DNA from: Parcubacteria bacterium C7867-001
GTDB lineage: Bacteria; Patescibacteriota; Minisyncoccia; Phycocordibacterales; Phycocordibacteraceae
Assembly (NCBI GenBank): GCA_001189095.1
Contig: LFCK01000002.1
Location: 1,937-65,936, forward strand
Direction: 5' to 3'
Length of the DNA: 64,000 nucleotides
A model generated the notes under the pieces. That model saw only the letters and a program-made list of their open reading frames with translations, was not told the DNA's origin and did not search any database. How positions within the stretch are numbered: position 1 is the stretch's first letter; every line of letters begins with the position of its first letter. Shown one piece after another: positions 40,579 to 50,312 of this stretch. The position numbers and the translations under genes were made by a program.

Positions 40579-41010
40579 ATGATCTTCGATACCGAACCCG
40601 CGGACTTCAGCGCTCGCATGCAGGTGGTCGGCTGCTATGTCGAACACGCAGGCAGGATACTCTTGCTGCGTCGTCATGAGAAAAAACCGGAAGGCGGCAC
40701 CTGGTGCGTTCCGGGTGGAAAAATCGATGCCGGAGAGGCTGTCCTCGAGGCGGCGATTCGCGAAACCGAAGAAGAAACCGGCTATCGCATTCCGCCTGAA
40801 CTCATCACCGAACACGAGATGGTATTCGTTCGGTATCCAACGGTCGACTTTACCTACAAGCTCTTCCACGCAAAGCTCGACGAGCGTCCGCACATTATCC
40901 TGCGGCCGAATGAACACACTGACTTCAGGTGGGTACTGCCACACGATGCACTCACCTTCGCCCTCATCGAGGATGAGGGCGCGTGCATCCGACGGATCTT
41001 CAAGATATGA
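40579..41010 (+). CDS. Nudix hydrolase
   Basis: GGKIDAGEAVLEAAIRETEEETGY Nudix box. Confidence 0.93.
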   Translation: MIFDTEPADFSARMQVVGCYVEHAGRILLLRRHEKKPEGGTWCVPGGKIDAGEAVLEAAIRETEEETGYRIPPELITEHEMVFVRYPTVDFTYKLFHAKLDERPHIILRPNEHTDFRWVLPHDALTFALIEDEGACIRRIFKI

Positions 41011-41050
41011 AAAGCGCCGCCCTCTGGGCGGCGCTTTTTTCTTTCTCTGT

Positions 41051-41126
41051 TGGGCGACTTATGGGACTCGAACCCATGACCGCCTGGACCACAACCAGGA
41101 GCTCTACCAGCTGAGCTAAAGCCGCC
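41051..41126 (-). tRNA. tRNA-His(GTG)
   Basis: Cloverleaf, anticodon loop TTGTGGT, encoded G-1. Confidence 0.95.
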
Positions 41127-41188
41127 ATGCTTCGTCCTTATAACACGCAAACGACAACGAAAAAAGCGCCGAAGCGCTTTTTCCTTAG

Positions 41189-41270
41189 TGCCCAGGAGAG
41201 GACTCGAACCTCCACGCCTTGCGGCACATCCACCTCAAGGATGCATGTATACCAATTTCATCACCTGGGC
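41189..41270 (-). tRNA. tRNA-Leu(GAG)
   Basis: Cloverleaf with long variable arm, loop TTGAGGT. Confidence 0.95.
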
Positions 41271-41947
41271 CTGTATCGTCTCGTACTGAGCGACTCGCCC
41301 ACTATACGCAAAGCGCGTTGTATTTTCAACCGCTTCCGCGCAAGACAAACCACACCTCTTCCAGAATACATCTTCCGTAAAATGAGCAGCGATTCTCTCT
41401 TTCCGTATTTCAATTGAATAACGGTGGTGAGTTTTGATTTTCCGATATGGCCACGAACGCCAAGTAAGCGTAAAAGAGTCTCCCGGACCCAGCTTATGTG
41501 AGCTTCGCTCGCGGAAACAAAAGCGAGATAGAAAAGATAGCTAGTTTTCCAGCGCGGATCAAAATAACTATAAAAAGAGCCGTCGCCATCATGGTGACCA
41601 CGAAGGAAGTCGAAGAAATAAAGATCTGGAATGGCAAGTTTACCGAGTGTCTTTGTCTTACCCGAGGAAAGCCCGATTGAAACGAGAAAACGGTACAGCG
41701 TAACGTCGCTAAATTGAATCCGTGTAATCTGCCTACCAGTATACCCAGAGACTTTTTTAGTTATAGAAACCTTCTTACCAATGCACTTCATGAAATTCCT
41801 CAGCTGCTGAATGTCCTTCGACGTAATTTCTATGTGACGTCCGTCGATAGAAAGGCAGCCGTCAGTGGCGAGCAAACCAACAGCGTACGCAATATTCGGC
41901 GACCATTGCACTTCCCTTCTTATTGGTCTGCGTCCTCGTTCTTTCAC
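41261..41947 (-). CDS. free-standing two-motif LAGLIDADG endonuclease-like protein
   Basis: AYAVGLLATDGCL and FLRGHHDGDGSF; lower GC than neighbours. Confidence 0.85.
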   Translation of the reverse strand: MKERGRRPIRREVQWSPNIAYAVGLLATDGCLSIDGRHIEITSKDIQQLRNFMKCIGKKVSITKKVSGYTGRQITRIQFSDVTLYRFLVSIGLSSGKTKTLGKLAIPDLYFFDFLRGHHDGDGSFYSYFDPRWKTSYLFYLAFVSASEAHISWVRETLLRLLGVRGHIGKSKLTTVIQLKYGKRESLLILRKMYSGRGVVCLARKRLKIQRALRIVGESLSTRRYRPR

Positions 41948-42017
41948 CCATCAATTATAAGCGCATACCATTTAAAATAAAAAGAAACTCGGCACGTGGC
42001 CGGAGTTCTTCGGGAGG

Positions 42018-42548
42018 TTACGCTGCAGGAGCTTCTGCTTTCTCTTCAGCGACCGGAGCGGCTTCTTCTACAGCCACTTCGACTGCCTGAGCCTCTTCTG
42101 CGCTCATGTCTGCCTCTGGAGCAGCCTCGATAGGTGGTGCGGTTTCCGCAATCGGCTCAGCGACTTCCTTCTCTGCAAAGTCATCGGTAGAGACGTTCAT
42201 CATGCGCATGTTGCGGAGCTGGCGCTTCACTTCACGAGCGACCTTTTCACGGATGAAGTAGAGCTTTGCACGACGGACCTTCGAGCGACGGACGATTTCT
42301 ATTTTCTCGATGAAAGGAGCGAAGAGCGGGAAGATGCGTTCAACACCGATGCCCGACATAGTTGCACGAACGGTGAAGGTCGCACCTGCTTCTGTACCGT
42401 GCTTTACGGCAAGAACGAGGCCTTCGAAGACCTGCGTGCGGGTCTTCCCTTTTTCGACGATCTTCTGGTGGACGCGGACGGTATCGCCCGGGCGAATCCC
42501 GAGTTTCGTGCGCTCCTCTGTTTTGACTGGAGTGATGACGGTTTGCAT
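42018..42548 (-). CDS. rplS: 50S ribosomal protein L19 (acidic C-terminal tail)
   Basis: [25 protein letters not shown]. Confidence 0.97.
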   Translation of the reverse strand: MQTVITPVKTEERTKLGIRPGDTVRVHQKIVEKGKTRTQVFEGLVLAVKHGTEAGATFTVRATMSGIGVERIFPLFAPFIEKIEIVRRSKVRRAKLYFIREKVAREVKRQLRNMRMMNVSTDDFAEKEVAEPIAETAPPIEAAPEADMSAEEAQAVEVAVEEAAPVAEEKAEAPAA

Positions 42549-42658
42549 AACTTTTATGCGCGGAACTGTACCACGCATCCCCCGTAAAAGCAAAATGGCC
42601 GTGTTTTGACCCGTCGCTCAGCAAGCTATAGTATCGAGACAGAAAAGGAGGCCTACCT

Positions 42659-43312
42659 ATGCAACTGGTCTACGGAACAATGAACAAAGGCAAGCTCGCC
42701 GAGGTGAGCCGTCGCTTCGGCGATCATGGATTCACCATTGTAGGCCTTGCCGATATGGGCATTCCCGATATCGACATCCCAGAAACCGGTACGACCCTCG
42801 GCGAGAATGCGGCACTCAAAGTGCGCGGCTATCTCGAAGAGATTCGTAAGACGAATCCGAACGATACCGTCGTACTCTTCTCAGATGATACGGGGCTTGA
42901 AATCGACGGACTCGGTGGCGAGCCGGGAATTCACGTGCGCCGCTGGCGCGACCGCTCGACGCGCATGAGCGACGAGGAAGTCATTGAGTACGCGCTCACG
43001 CGTATGCAGGGACTCACTGGAGACCAGCGCGCCGCGCGCTTTAGGTGCATTCTTACCGCAGGCATTCTGTACCCAAACGGTACAACCTCGAAACTCATAT
43101 CATTCTGCGGAACGCTGAAGGGTCGAATTCTCGAAGAGCCGGAAGCCGAGCGAATGGAAGGATTCCCCTTCGCCTCGCTCATGTTCATCGACGAATGGGG
43201 CATGCTGCTCGGCACCGCCGAACGGCTACCGCAAGGCGAAAAGGAAAAATATCTGAGTCACCGCGAGAAAGCGATCGACTTCGCCATCCCCTTCCTTACC
43301 GGTATCAAATGA
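42659..43312 (+). CDS. Ham1/RdgB-family NTP pyrophosphatase (variant)
   Basis: TMNKGK, ENAALK, DDTGL, SHR. Confidence 0.88.
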   Translation: MQLVYGTMNKGKLAEVSRRFGDHGFTIVGLADMGIPDIDIPETGTTLGENAALKVRGYLEEIRKTNPNDTVVLFSDDTGLEIDGLGGEPGIHVRRWRDRSTRMSDEEVIEYALTRMQGLTGDQRAARFRCILTAGILYPNGTTSKLISFCGTLKGRILEEPEAERMEGFPFASLMFIDEWGMLLGTAERLPQGEKEKYLSHREKAIDFAIPFLTGIK

Positions 43313-43351
43313 ACAACGGGCGCCGCTAAAGCGGCGCCCGTTTCTTTGTGT

Positions 43352-44074
43352 TTAAAAACTGAAACGCTTCGCGCTCTCCGCAAGGTCCGGCGGGAGCGGT
43401 GATTCAAGAATCTTTCGCTCTCCACTTGGAAGCGGAATATCGAGTTTATGGGCATGCAGGCCAAGCCGGTTGAACCCGAGATCCGCCGCGTGATTTGGTG
43501 CGTAGAGGGGATCCCCAACAACGGGATGATGAATAGCTTTCAGGTGCACGCGAATTTGGTGCGTACGTCCTGTGAGCGGCATCATGTGCAAGAGTGCGTG
43601 TTTTCCTTCGGCGTCTTCACCGAGCACTTCGTACTTCGTAAGTGCTTCACGCATGGTGCCCTTCGCTTTCGGCTGCGCGGAACGTAAGCGGAAATCCTTC
43701 CGTGAACGACCGATGGCGAAATCAATAGTTCCCTTCCGCTCTTTTGGTGTGCCGTACACAAACGCGAGATACGACTTGTGAACCTCGCGATTCTGAAATG
43801 CTTCTTTAAGAAAAGCGTGTGCTTCCTGCGTTTTCGCGAAGACGAGGATGCCTGATGTCTCTCGGTCGAGACGATGAACAACGCCGGGGCGCGTTATTTC
43901 CGTGCCATCCACCAGTCGCTGCATCTCGCCTACCGTTGCACTTTCTGGATATCGCCTCGCGAACCAGTCGCTCGCCGTTTCCTCGGTCGTCTTTCCGTCT
44001 GGGTGCGTCATGACGCCCGCAGGCTTATCGACCGCAACGATATCGGTGTCTTCGTAGATAATAGGTAGCTCCAT
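43352..44074 (-). CDS. RluA-family pseudouridine synthase
   Basis: VHRLDRETSG, TGRTHQIRVH, LHAHKL. Confidence 0.95.
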   Translation of the reverse strand: MELPIIYEDTDIVAVDKPAGVMTHPDGKTTEETASDWFARRYPESATVGEMQRLVDGTEITRPGVVHRLDRETSGILVFAKTQEAHAFLKEAFQNREVHKSYLAFVYGTPKERKGTIDFAIGRSRKDFRLRSAQPKAKGTMREALTKYEVLGEDAEGKHALLHMMPLTGRTHQIRVHLKAIHHPVVGDPLYAPNHAADLGFNRLGLHAHKLDIPLPSGERKILESPLPPDLAESAKRFSF

Positions 44075-44174
44075 GTCACTACCCTACTATCAAGTGAGCG
44101 AGAAACATAGATGCGTCTTCGCATCTATGTTTGAGCGAACGCTGAGAGCAAGCGGTGCGAAGCAGCCGCTTAAC

Positions 44175-44861
44175 TTATTTTCCGTGCCGGCGCTCGCGCT
44201 CAGCGTATTCAGCGAGAATGGCGTTGAATTCTTCTTTCGAAAAATCAGGGAGCTGCGTATCGATAAAAAAGAGTTCGCTATAGACGGACTGCCACGTAAG
44301 GAAGTTGGAGAGGCGTTTCTCGCCGCCAGTACGGATAATGATGTCAGGATCACTAAGCCCCGCACTCCACATCGCGCCACGCAATTCTTCTTCAGTTACC
44401 TGCTCACGATCTTTGGCAAGAAGCGTATTCACCGCATCGAGAATTTCGGCGCGGCCACCATAGGAAAGCGCGAAGGTGAGAATTCCGCTCGTACCGTCTT
44501 TCGTTTCTTCTTCAGCCAACGTCATGACCTCCTGAACCTTTGGGGAAAATCGTCCGCGCTCACCGATGAACCGAATGCGAACCTTCTGCTTTTTCGCTTC
44601 GTCTTTCCATGTGCCAAAAAACTCCACGAAGAGATCCATGAGGTACGCAACCTCTTCCGGAGCTCGATTCCAGTTTTCTGTTGAGAACGCGTAGAGAATA
44701 AGCTCTCCGATACCCGCTTCATTCGACCATGAGATGAGCTCTTTCAGCTTTTCAGCGCCGCGACGGTGCCCTTCGAGCGTCGGCAGATTCCGTGCTTTTG
44801 CCCATCGGCGGTTACCGTCGAGGATAATGCCTACTGAGCGCGGTACCGAAGAATTATTCAT
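44175..44861 (-). CDS. uppS: undecaprenyl diphosphate synthase
   Basis: ILDGNRRWA, YAFSTENW, IRTGGEKRLSNFL. Confidence 0.97.
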   Translation of the reverse strand: MNNSSVPRSVGIILDGNRRWAKARNLPTLEGHRRGAEKLKELISWSNEAGIGELILYAFSTENWNRAPEEVAYLMDLFVEFFGTWKDEAKKQKVRIRFIGERGRFSPKVQEVMTLAEEETKDGTSGILTFALSYGGRAEILDAVNTLLAKDREQVTEEELRGAMWSAGLSDPDIIIRTGGEKRLSNFLTWQSVYSELFFIDTQLPDFSKEEFNAILAEYAERERRHGK

Positions 44862-45132
44862 ACGCGATGACGAATTTCATAAACTCGCCGGTTGCGGGAT
44901 GCCAACTTGGCGACACGGTGTCGACTTTTGAGAGAAGCGAACCTTTGTGGAGACGCGCGAGAAGACGTTCGAGTGATTCACGCGAACCTTCTGCGACAAC
45001 GCGGACCGTCCCATCCGGAATATTCTTCACGAAGCCCGTCAATTTGAGTCCGCTCGCCTTACGCTGCACGAAATCGCGATACATGACGAGCTGCACGCGA
45101 CCTGAAACAGTCGCCTCCAATCGTTCGTTCAT
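44854..45132 (-). CDS. acylphosphatase
   Basis: VSGRVQLVMYR...GFVKN. Confidence 0.92.
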   Translation of the reverse strand: MNERLEATVSGRVQLVMYRDFVQRKASGLKLTGFVKNIPDGTVRVVAEGSRESLERLLARLHKGSLLSKVDTVSPSWHPATGEFMKFVIAYE

Positions 45133-45206
45133 AGGGATAAGAACCGATACTAGCGTGGAAACGTTACTTTAAAAAGTGCGCCGAGTGCGCTATGGTCATT
45201 CGGTAA

Positions 45207-45279
45207 GGGCGCTTAGCTCAGTTGGTAGAGCACCCCGTTTACACCGGGATGGTCAGAGGTTCGAGTCCTCTAGCGCCCA
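45207..45279 (+). tRNA. tRNA-Val(TAC)
   Basis: Cloverleaf, loop TTTACAC. Confidence 0.95.
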
Positions 45280-45281
45280 CC

Positions 45282-46670
45282 TTACGCAGCTTTCTTTTTA
45301 GGTCCCTCGGCCTTTTCTTCCGACTGCCCCCTTGCCCACATCGGAACAGTTTTTTCTTCCGAACGTTTCGCGTTCGCTGCTATTTTCTCAATAAATGGCT
45401 TGAAGTCGCCTCGAATTTTCGTGATCAACGAGAGTTGTACGTAGTTGAATGCGCCTTCGAGTTCTTTTTTCGTAACTGATTTCTTCTCTCCTATCCTACG
45501 CAAGATAGCCGCGCGAATTTCAACGAACTCGGCGCGATTACTAGGATCTTCGATACAGTCCTTAAGGAAGACGTGTACTTCTTCGCGCGGAGCCTTGTCG
45601 GTTGTTCGACCATCAAAAAACCCTTTGATTTTACTCTTCCCTTCGAGGAGAGCGCGCTCCTTCCGCGCAACAACCTCTTCCACGGTCTTCGATAGGGTTT
45701 CGGGAATCTTGCCGAGCGCACGCGCTTGTTCGTAGACGTAGCTCGCTTTGCGGTGTTCTTGTTTCGTTGCAGTTAAATCAACCGCATACCTATTAAGAAG
45801 ACCAATCTCGAGCGCAATGCGTTCGAAAAACTTCTTAATTCCGGCGAGTTCATTGAGGGTTGGATCGAGAATCAAGGCGCCCTCCATTTTTTGCTCTCGT
45901 AGTCGTTGCGCTGATTTTGTTCGAGCATTGTGTGGCGTGCGTGATGCTGGGGATTCGCGTACGTCGCGATCAAGTATCTTTCGTTCTGATTCAAAATATT
46001 CTTGAAGTTCGTTAAATGTTCTGAGGAGAACGGCGGCCTGACCATCGAAATACTCGCTCTCGACGTCTACCTCTCCCTTTCGGGGCGCATGAGCACGGAT
46101 ATGCTCGGGGTCTAGTGCCTCGAGTGCCTCATTGAACCTTTCGATTTCGTGACTAAATATCGCTGCTTTTTCGGGGAAAAGACGTTCCAGCTGATTTTCG
46201 ACCACATCGAAATCGTAGAGTCGTAGGCGCTCCACAAGATCCGAAACTCCTTCGGAGGTTTCTTCATAATCCTCGCGTAGTTGTTGTATGTCAGCGTTAA
46301 ATTCTGAGTCGAACTTTTCGCTCGTTGCGTATAGGTCCGTCTTCTTGGCGCCGACTGCTTGCGCTGCCTCCTTGCGTTTCTTGTTCCGATTCGCTGCCGC
46401 CGTAAGCACCTCCTTCGAGTTTATGGACTTGCGCGCCATTCCTTTCGTGATGATCTTCTCGACTCCAGCATGTAAGCCGGCCCACACGGAACGATCGCCG
46501 CGAAGCACGGCACTTGCGTATCGCGTGAGAGCAACGTTGAGTTCTCTGGCGAGTTGCTCAGGCGTCTTTGGTCCCTTTTCTGCCTTCGCCTTTTTTTTAG
46601 GCTGTTTGTCAGGAGAATGATTCGGCCCAGCGCCTATGCGCGCAACAATTTTTCCAGATTCAATACCCAT
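45282..46670 (-). CDS. large charged helical hypothetical protein
   Basis: 462 aa, Lys/Glu/Arg-rich; -10 TACAAT 7 nt before the ATG. Confidence 0.65.
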   Translation of the reverse strand: MGIESGKIVARIGAGPNHSPDKQPKKKAKAEKGPKTPEQLARELNVALTRYASAVLRGDRSVWAGLHAGVEKIITKGMARKSINSKEVLTAAANRNKKRKEAAQAVGAKKTDLYATSEKFDSEFNADIQQLREDYEETSEGVSDLVERLRLYDFDVVENQLERLFPEKAAIFSHEIERFNEALEALDPEHIRAHAPRKGEVDVESEYFDGQAAVLLRTFNELQEYFESERKILDRDVRESPASRTPHNARTKSAQRLREQKMEGALILDPTLNELAGIKKFFERIALEIGLLNRYAVDLTATKQEHRKASYVYEQARALGKIPETLSKTVEEVVARKERALLEGKSKIKGFFDGRTTDKAPREEVHVFLKDCIEDPSNRAEFVEIRAAILRRIGEKKSVTKKELEGAFNYVQLSLITKIRGDFKPFIEKIAANAKRSEEKTVPMWARGQSEEKAEGPKKKAA

Positions 46671-46758
46671 ACAGAGCATTGTAGCAGCCGACTCGACGAG
46701 CGCGTTTATTGTCCTCACGTCTTGGTGATGCTAAGGTTCTCGCAGAAAGGAGGGTCTC

Positions 46759-47073
46759 ATGACACCAGAAAAGATCCTTGCCGTCGCACGCATGTATCGG
46801 GAGCGTCTTGAACGCGAACATATTCCGAAGCACGCGATGGATCCGAACAGACGGTTCAGTCCGAATATGACCGGCTTCCATCACCAAATGCTCGGACACG
46901 CGCACTACATGCTCGACGCGGTCGAACAATACGCGCCTGATCCGTCTCGCGAGCAGAAGACAATGCAGCGACTCGCTGCCTGCCAGACACTGCTCTGGCT
47001 CGCCGGCTGGTACACCAAGAATGAGATCAAGAGCCATCTGCAAGAAGCAGACGAGCTCGCCGCCATCGACTAA
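46759..47073 (+). CDS. hypothetical protein
   Basis: 104 aa, AAGGAGG SD. Confidence 0.6.
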   Translation: MTPEKILAVARMYRERLEREHIPKHAMDPNRRFSPNMTGFHHQMLGHAHYMLDAVEQYAPDPSREQKTMQRLAACQTLLWLAGWYTKNEIKSHLQEADELAAID

Positions 47074-47114
47074 CGAAAAGCGCCGCAGCAAAGCTGCGGC
47101 GCTTCCCTCTTTTG

Positions 47115-47196
47115 TGGGCATGGGGAGACTCGAACTCCCAAGGATTGCTCCATACGCTTCTGAGACGTACGCGTATACCAATTCCGCCACATGCCC
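47115..47196 (-). tRNA. tRNA-Leu(CAG)
   Basis: Cloverleaf with long variable arm, loop CTCAGAA. Confidence 0.95.
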
Positions 47197-47215
47197 ACCG
47201 CTCGCTTTCGCTTGT

Positions 47216-47350
47216 GTCACGGATATTTCCTCGCCGACGCTCGGAAATTCCGCGACCCCACCTCGCGGTTTTGCCTGCTGGCAAAACATCGCTCCGGCCG
47301 CACATGGGCAAGAGCCCTTTGCGCAGGCAAAGTGCTCATGTCCCATGTGC
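47216..47350 (-). repeat. structured dispersed element, copy B
   Basis: CTTTGC-CTGC-GCAAAG hairpin, then GCC-GGA-GCG-AT-[GTTTTGC/GCAAAAC]-CGC-GA-GGT...GTCGCGGA..TCCGTGAC. Confidence 0.8.
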
Positions 47351-47419
47351 CCCCGCTAGGAATCGAACCTAGAATAGCGGCTTAGAAGTCCGCAGTTATA
47401 TCCATTTAACTACAGGGGC
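47348..47419 (-). tRNA. tRNA-Arg(TCT)
   Basis: Cloverleaf, loop CTTCTAA. Confidence 0.93.
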
Positions 47420-47436
47420 TCCTAAAGCCTAGCGCA

Positions 47437-47742
47437 TCACCGCGACGGGTCAATAAACCGATACTCCTTTTTATAGCGTTCTTCCTCTACCGCTCGTGCA
47501 TCAAAGACCGTCTGTGCGGCTGAAAGCGAGGCAGTATCAAATAAAGGGGTCGTCGAGGCTGTCGCGGAACCGAGCGACTCTCCGTTAAGGACGCGGTAAA
47601 ACAGCCAGACATTCCATCCGACACTCGCGACGAGAAGAACCGCGCTTACGATAAGAAGAACGAACCAATCACGCAGTGGATGTATGTATTCACCGTAGGA
47701 GAACGAACTGAGTTTTAGTTTTGAAAGAAAAGGTAGAGTCAT
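47437..47742 (-). CDS. single-TM pilus-assembly-associated protein
   Basis: Last gene of the pilM-N-O-like operon, one TM. Confidence 0.55.
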   Translation of the reverse strand: MTLPFLSKLKLSSFSYGEYIHPLRDWFVLLIVSAVLLVASVGWNVWLFYRVLNGESLGSATASTTPLFDTASLSAAQTVFDARAVEEERYKKEYRFIDPSR

Positions 47743-48284
47743 GGTTTTGTCGTCGAAGCTGTTTGTGGTGCGCGTGTTCCGACAGTAATTGCTCCCGTTG
47801 CTGTCCACGTCGTCCCCTTCTCTCCCATGGAACTGGTGAGCGTAAGATCGTTCACCACAAGATCGCGCGGTGCGTATTCGAGCGCGCCCACGGTGCGCAT
47901 TACTGCGTCAAAACTTCCATCTATCTTGAGCGCAATCGTAAGATGCGGCGGCTTCGTTGCGTTATCTGCAGAAACAGACACAACATCGACTGAGGCACCG
48001 AAAGGCTTGCCTTTCGCCTGCAGTTCCTCGAGGAAGGCAACGATACCCGTCTGCGAGACAAAGTATGAGTTGATAGCGTCTTCATTGCTTACGACTGACG
48101 CGAAGGCGGCACGAGCAACGGCAATGCGTGCCACCTCATCGTTCTTCTCACTGACGCTCTGCGTGAGCGTTGCTGCGCGCTCGCTCAATCCAATAACCGA
48201 ACGGTACCAAAAGAAATAGCCCGCACCGATCGCGCAAACGATCAGGGTTGTGATTACAAGATGAATGAGCGCGGAGCGTGTCAT
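47739..48284 (-). CDS. PilO-like protein
   Basis: TM, coiled coil, 'IDGSFDAVMRTVGALE'; synteny. Confidence 0.65.
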   Translation of the reverse strand: MTRSALIHLVITTLIVCAIGAGYFFWYRSVIGLSERAATLTQSVSEKNDEVARIAVARAAFASVVSNEDAINSYFVSQTGIVAFLEELQAKGKPFGASVDVVSVSADNATKPPHLTIALKIDGSFDAVMRTVGALEYAPRDLVVNDLTLTSSMGEKGTTWTATGAITVGTRAPQTASTTKP

Positions 48285-48841
48285 GGCGTTAGTGATCCCG
48301 TAAGCGTTATCGTAAACGGAATGTCGGAATCTTTTGCGAACGCAGCTATGGGCAGATCCGCATTATCGACGAACGGCAGCGCAGCAAGCGCCGCCTGATA
48401 AGCCCGCAACGCTTCGCGCGTCGACGCAGAACCGGTGAGTACCATACGACCAAGGGCTCCGGCCTTCGGTGGTGCAAAGGTAAGGCCGGAAAGCGTGATG
48501 CCGTTTGGTGTCACTGCGAGCACCGCGCGTATCGCCGCACTTGCGGTAGGGGTTGAGCCGAGACGTGCAAGATATTTGGTATCAGTCGCGAGTGCTGCGA
48601 GACGCGCGCTCGTTTCTCGTTCCTCCGTTGAGTCTAGGTGCGAGGAAAGTGTCTGTAACTGGTGGTCGCGCTCGTCGACCTGCTGCGAAAGGAACGCATA
48701 GGATGGTATGAGCATCACGGCGTGCAGCACAAGGAGCGCACCAAGGAGCGCAATGATTACCGTAACGAGACGAATGAAATATTCGCTTCTGAATGCGCGT
48801 CGGCGATCACGTGGAAGGAGGTTGGTAAGCTGATGCGACAT
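48281..48841 (-). CDS. PilN-like protein
   Basis: TNLLP N-terminal motif, TM, 'LTGSASTRE'. Confidence 0.75.
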   Translation of the reverse strand: MSHQLTNLLPRDRRRAFRSEYFIRLVTVIIALLGALLVLHAVMLIPSYAFLSQQVDERDHQLQTLSSHLDSTEERETSARLAALATDTKYLARLGSTPTASAAIRAVLAVTPNGITLSGLTFAPPKAGALGRMVLTGSASTREALRAYQAALAALPFVDNADLPIAAFAKDSDIPFTITLTGSLTP

Positions 48842-48843
48842 AT

Positions 48844-49926
48844 CTAAGAATTATATTCGCGTAGAGCAAGACCTATCGCGGTCCCGTAGGCGAGCGATGC
48901 GGTGTAGTCCATCGGCGGGAGCCAGTCGTCTCGTTTTGCCATATTTATGAATACATTACCCTCTTCGACCGGAAGTTTAAGGGTTGACTGCAGATACTCC
49001 GGAAGTCCGCGCACCGTTGCATTACCGCCGACAAGAATGACTCGCTTGATGAGATCCTCCTGTTTCTCGCCGACGTGCGTCTGCCAATAATCGATACGTC
49101 GACCGATTTCTTCCCTCAGCACCGACACCGTCGAGAGCATCGCGGAAAGATATTCTTCATTCCCCGCAGACGGAGCGATACCCTTCTCTGCTTTCACCTT
49201 CTTTGCCTCCTCTTCGGTTACACCGAAATGTTTTTGGACAGCGAGCGTGAGCGCATGTCCGCCAATGGTAAGCGTCGTCGCAAAGCGCGGTACGCGGCCG
49301 GAGACCACAAGGAGTTTGGACGTTGTCTTGCCAATATCGATAATGAGAACGGTTTCTGTACTGTCGTGCGAAAGAAGCGCGCGCGGGAGCGCGAAATTCT
49401 CACTTTCAATGGAACGGACGCGCAGTCCAGCATCTTCAAGCACCGCGAGTGTCGTATCAATAACGCGGCGCGCGTAGCCAATGCCGATTACGTGCGTTCC
49501 CTTTTCCGTCTTTTCTTCCGAAACAACGTCGAATACGACTTCCGCGGGTGGAAGCGGTACGAGCTCGTCGATGCGTGACTCGACGGCCGAGCGGCGGGCT
49601 GCAGGCGAATCGCCTTCGACATCGGTTTCAAATAAATATCCGCGCGCCTCAGGCAGTGCGATGTTGACCGTGTGTACGTGATGCGTTTTTGCGAGCTTTT
49701 TTATGGCCGCGACAACCGCGGACTGGTCAGTAATCTCGCCATCAGTAACCGCACCGAGGTTAAGCGGCTCTTCGCCGAAGGCTTCGAGCTCAAGACCATG
49801 CAGTGTCTCTTTAAGGCGTGCGATTTTTATCCCGCTGGTTGAAATATCGATGCCCGCCGTCGGAAAACCGAGGAAATTGGGTGGGGGGAAAACGACGCGA
49901 GCGAACCGAGCAAATGAACTATCCAT
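48844..49926 (-). CDS. pilM: type IV pilus assembly protein PilM
   Basis: GIDISTSGIK, IDIGKTTS, LVGGNA, AIGLALR. Confidence 0.9.
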   Translation of the reverse strand: MDSSFARFARVVFPPPNFLGFPTAGIDISTSGIKIARLKETLHGLELEAFGEEPLNLGAVTDGEITDQSAVVAAIKKLAKTHHVHTVNIALPEARGYLFETDVEGDSPAARRSAVESRIDELVPLPPAEVVFDVVSEEKTEKGTHVIGIGYARRVIDTTLAVLEDAGLRVRSIESENFALPRALLSHDSTETVLIIDIGKTTSKLLVVSGRVPRFATTLTIGGHALTLAVQKHFGVTEEEAKKVKAEKGIAPSAGNEEYLSAMLSTVSVLREEIGRRIDYWQTHVGEKQEDLIKRVILVGGNATVRGLPEYLQSTLKLPVEEGNVFINMAKRDDWLPPMDYTASLAYGTAIGLALREYNS

Positions 49927-49976
49927 GCGTATGAGTATACCTTGCAGGCAGGGTCTCCCAATACTGAATCTATGAA

Positions 49977-50312
49977 TTAGTGAGTCTTGGTGCCGGACGG
50001 AACCTCTCGATGCGGCGAGAGGAACGCAAATGAATCGCCCTCGCCTGCCGCAAAGAGCATGCCATTACTCTCGATACCTTTAATAGTACGTGGCTCGAGA
50101 TTCGTAACGAACGTAAACTGCTTTCCGACGAGCCATTCGGGCTCAGGAACGTAAGCGGCGATACCTGAAACAATCGTGCGCGGACCTGTTTCCTCACCGA
50201 AATCGACGGAGAGCTTGAGGAGCTTATCCGTTTCTAGAACACGCTCGGCTGCACGAACCGTACCGAGACTTACTTCGACCTTACTGACATCAGTAATGCT
50301 AATTTTTTCCAT
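49977..50312 (-). CDS. stand-alone tRNA-binding OB fold (MetRS C-terminal/CsaA-like)
   Basis: DKLLKLSVDFG...RTIVSGI...NLEPRTIKGIESNGML. Confidence 0.9.
   Translation of the reverse strand: MEKISITDVSKVEVSLGTVRAAERVLETDKLLKLSVDFGEETGPRTIVSGIAAYVPEPEWLVGKQFTFVTNLEPRTIKGIESNGMLFAAGEGDSFAFLSPHREVPSGTKTH

Noticed and set aside
41261-41947. Group I intron or intein around the LAGLIDADG ORF
   Set aside because: The adjacent tRNA is intact, there are no splicing motifs and no room for an intron core
46660-47385. Several ORFs spanning the tRNA-Leu/tRNA-Arg region
   Set aside because: They overlap tRNA genes and the structured repeat; spurious
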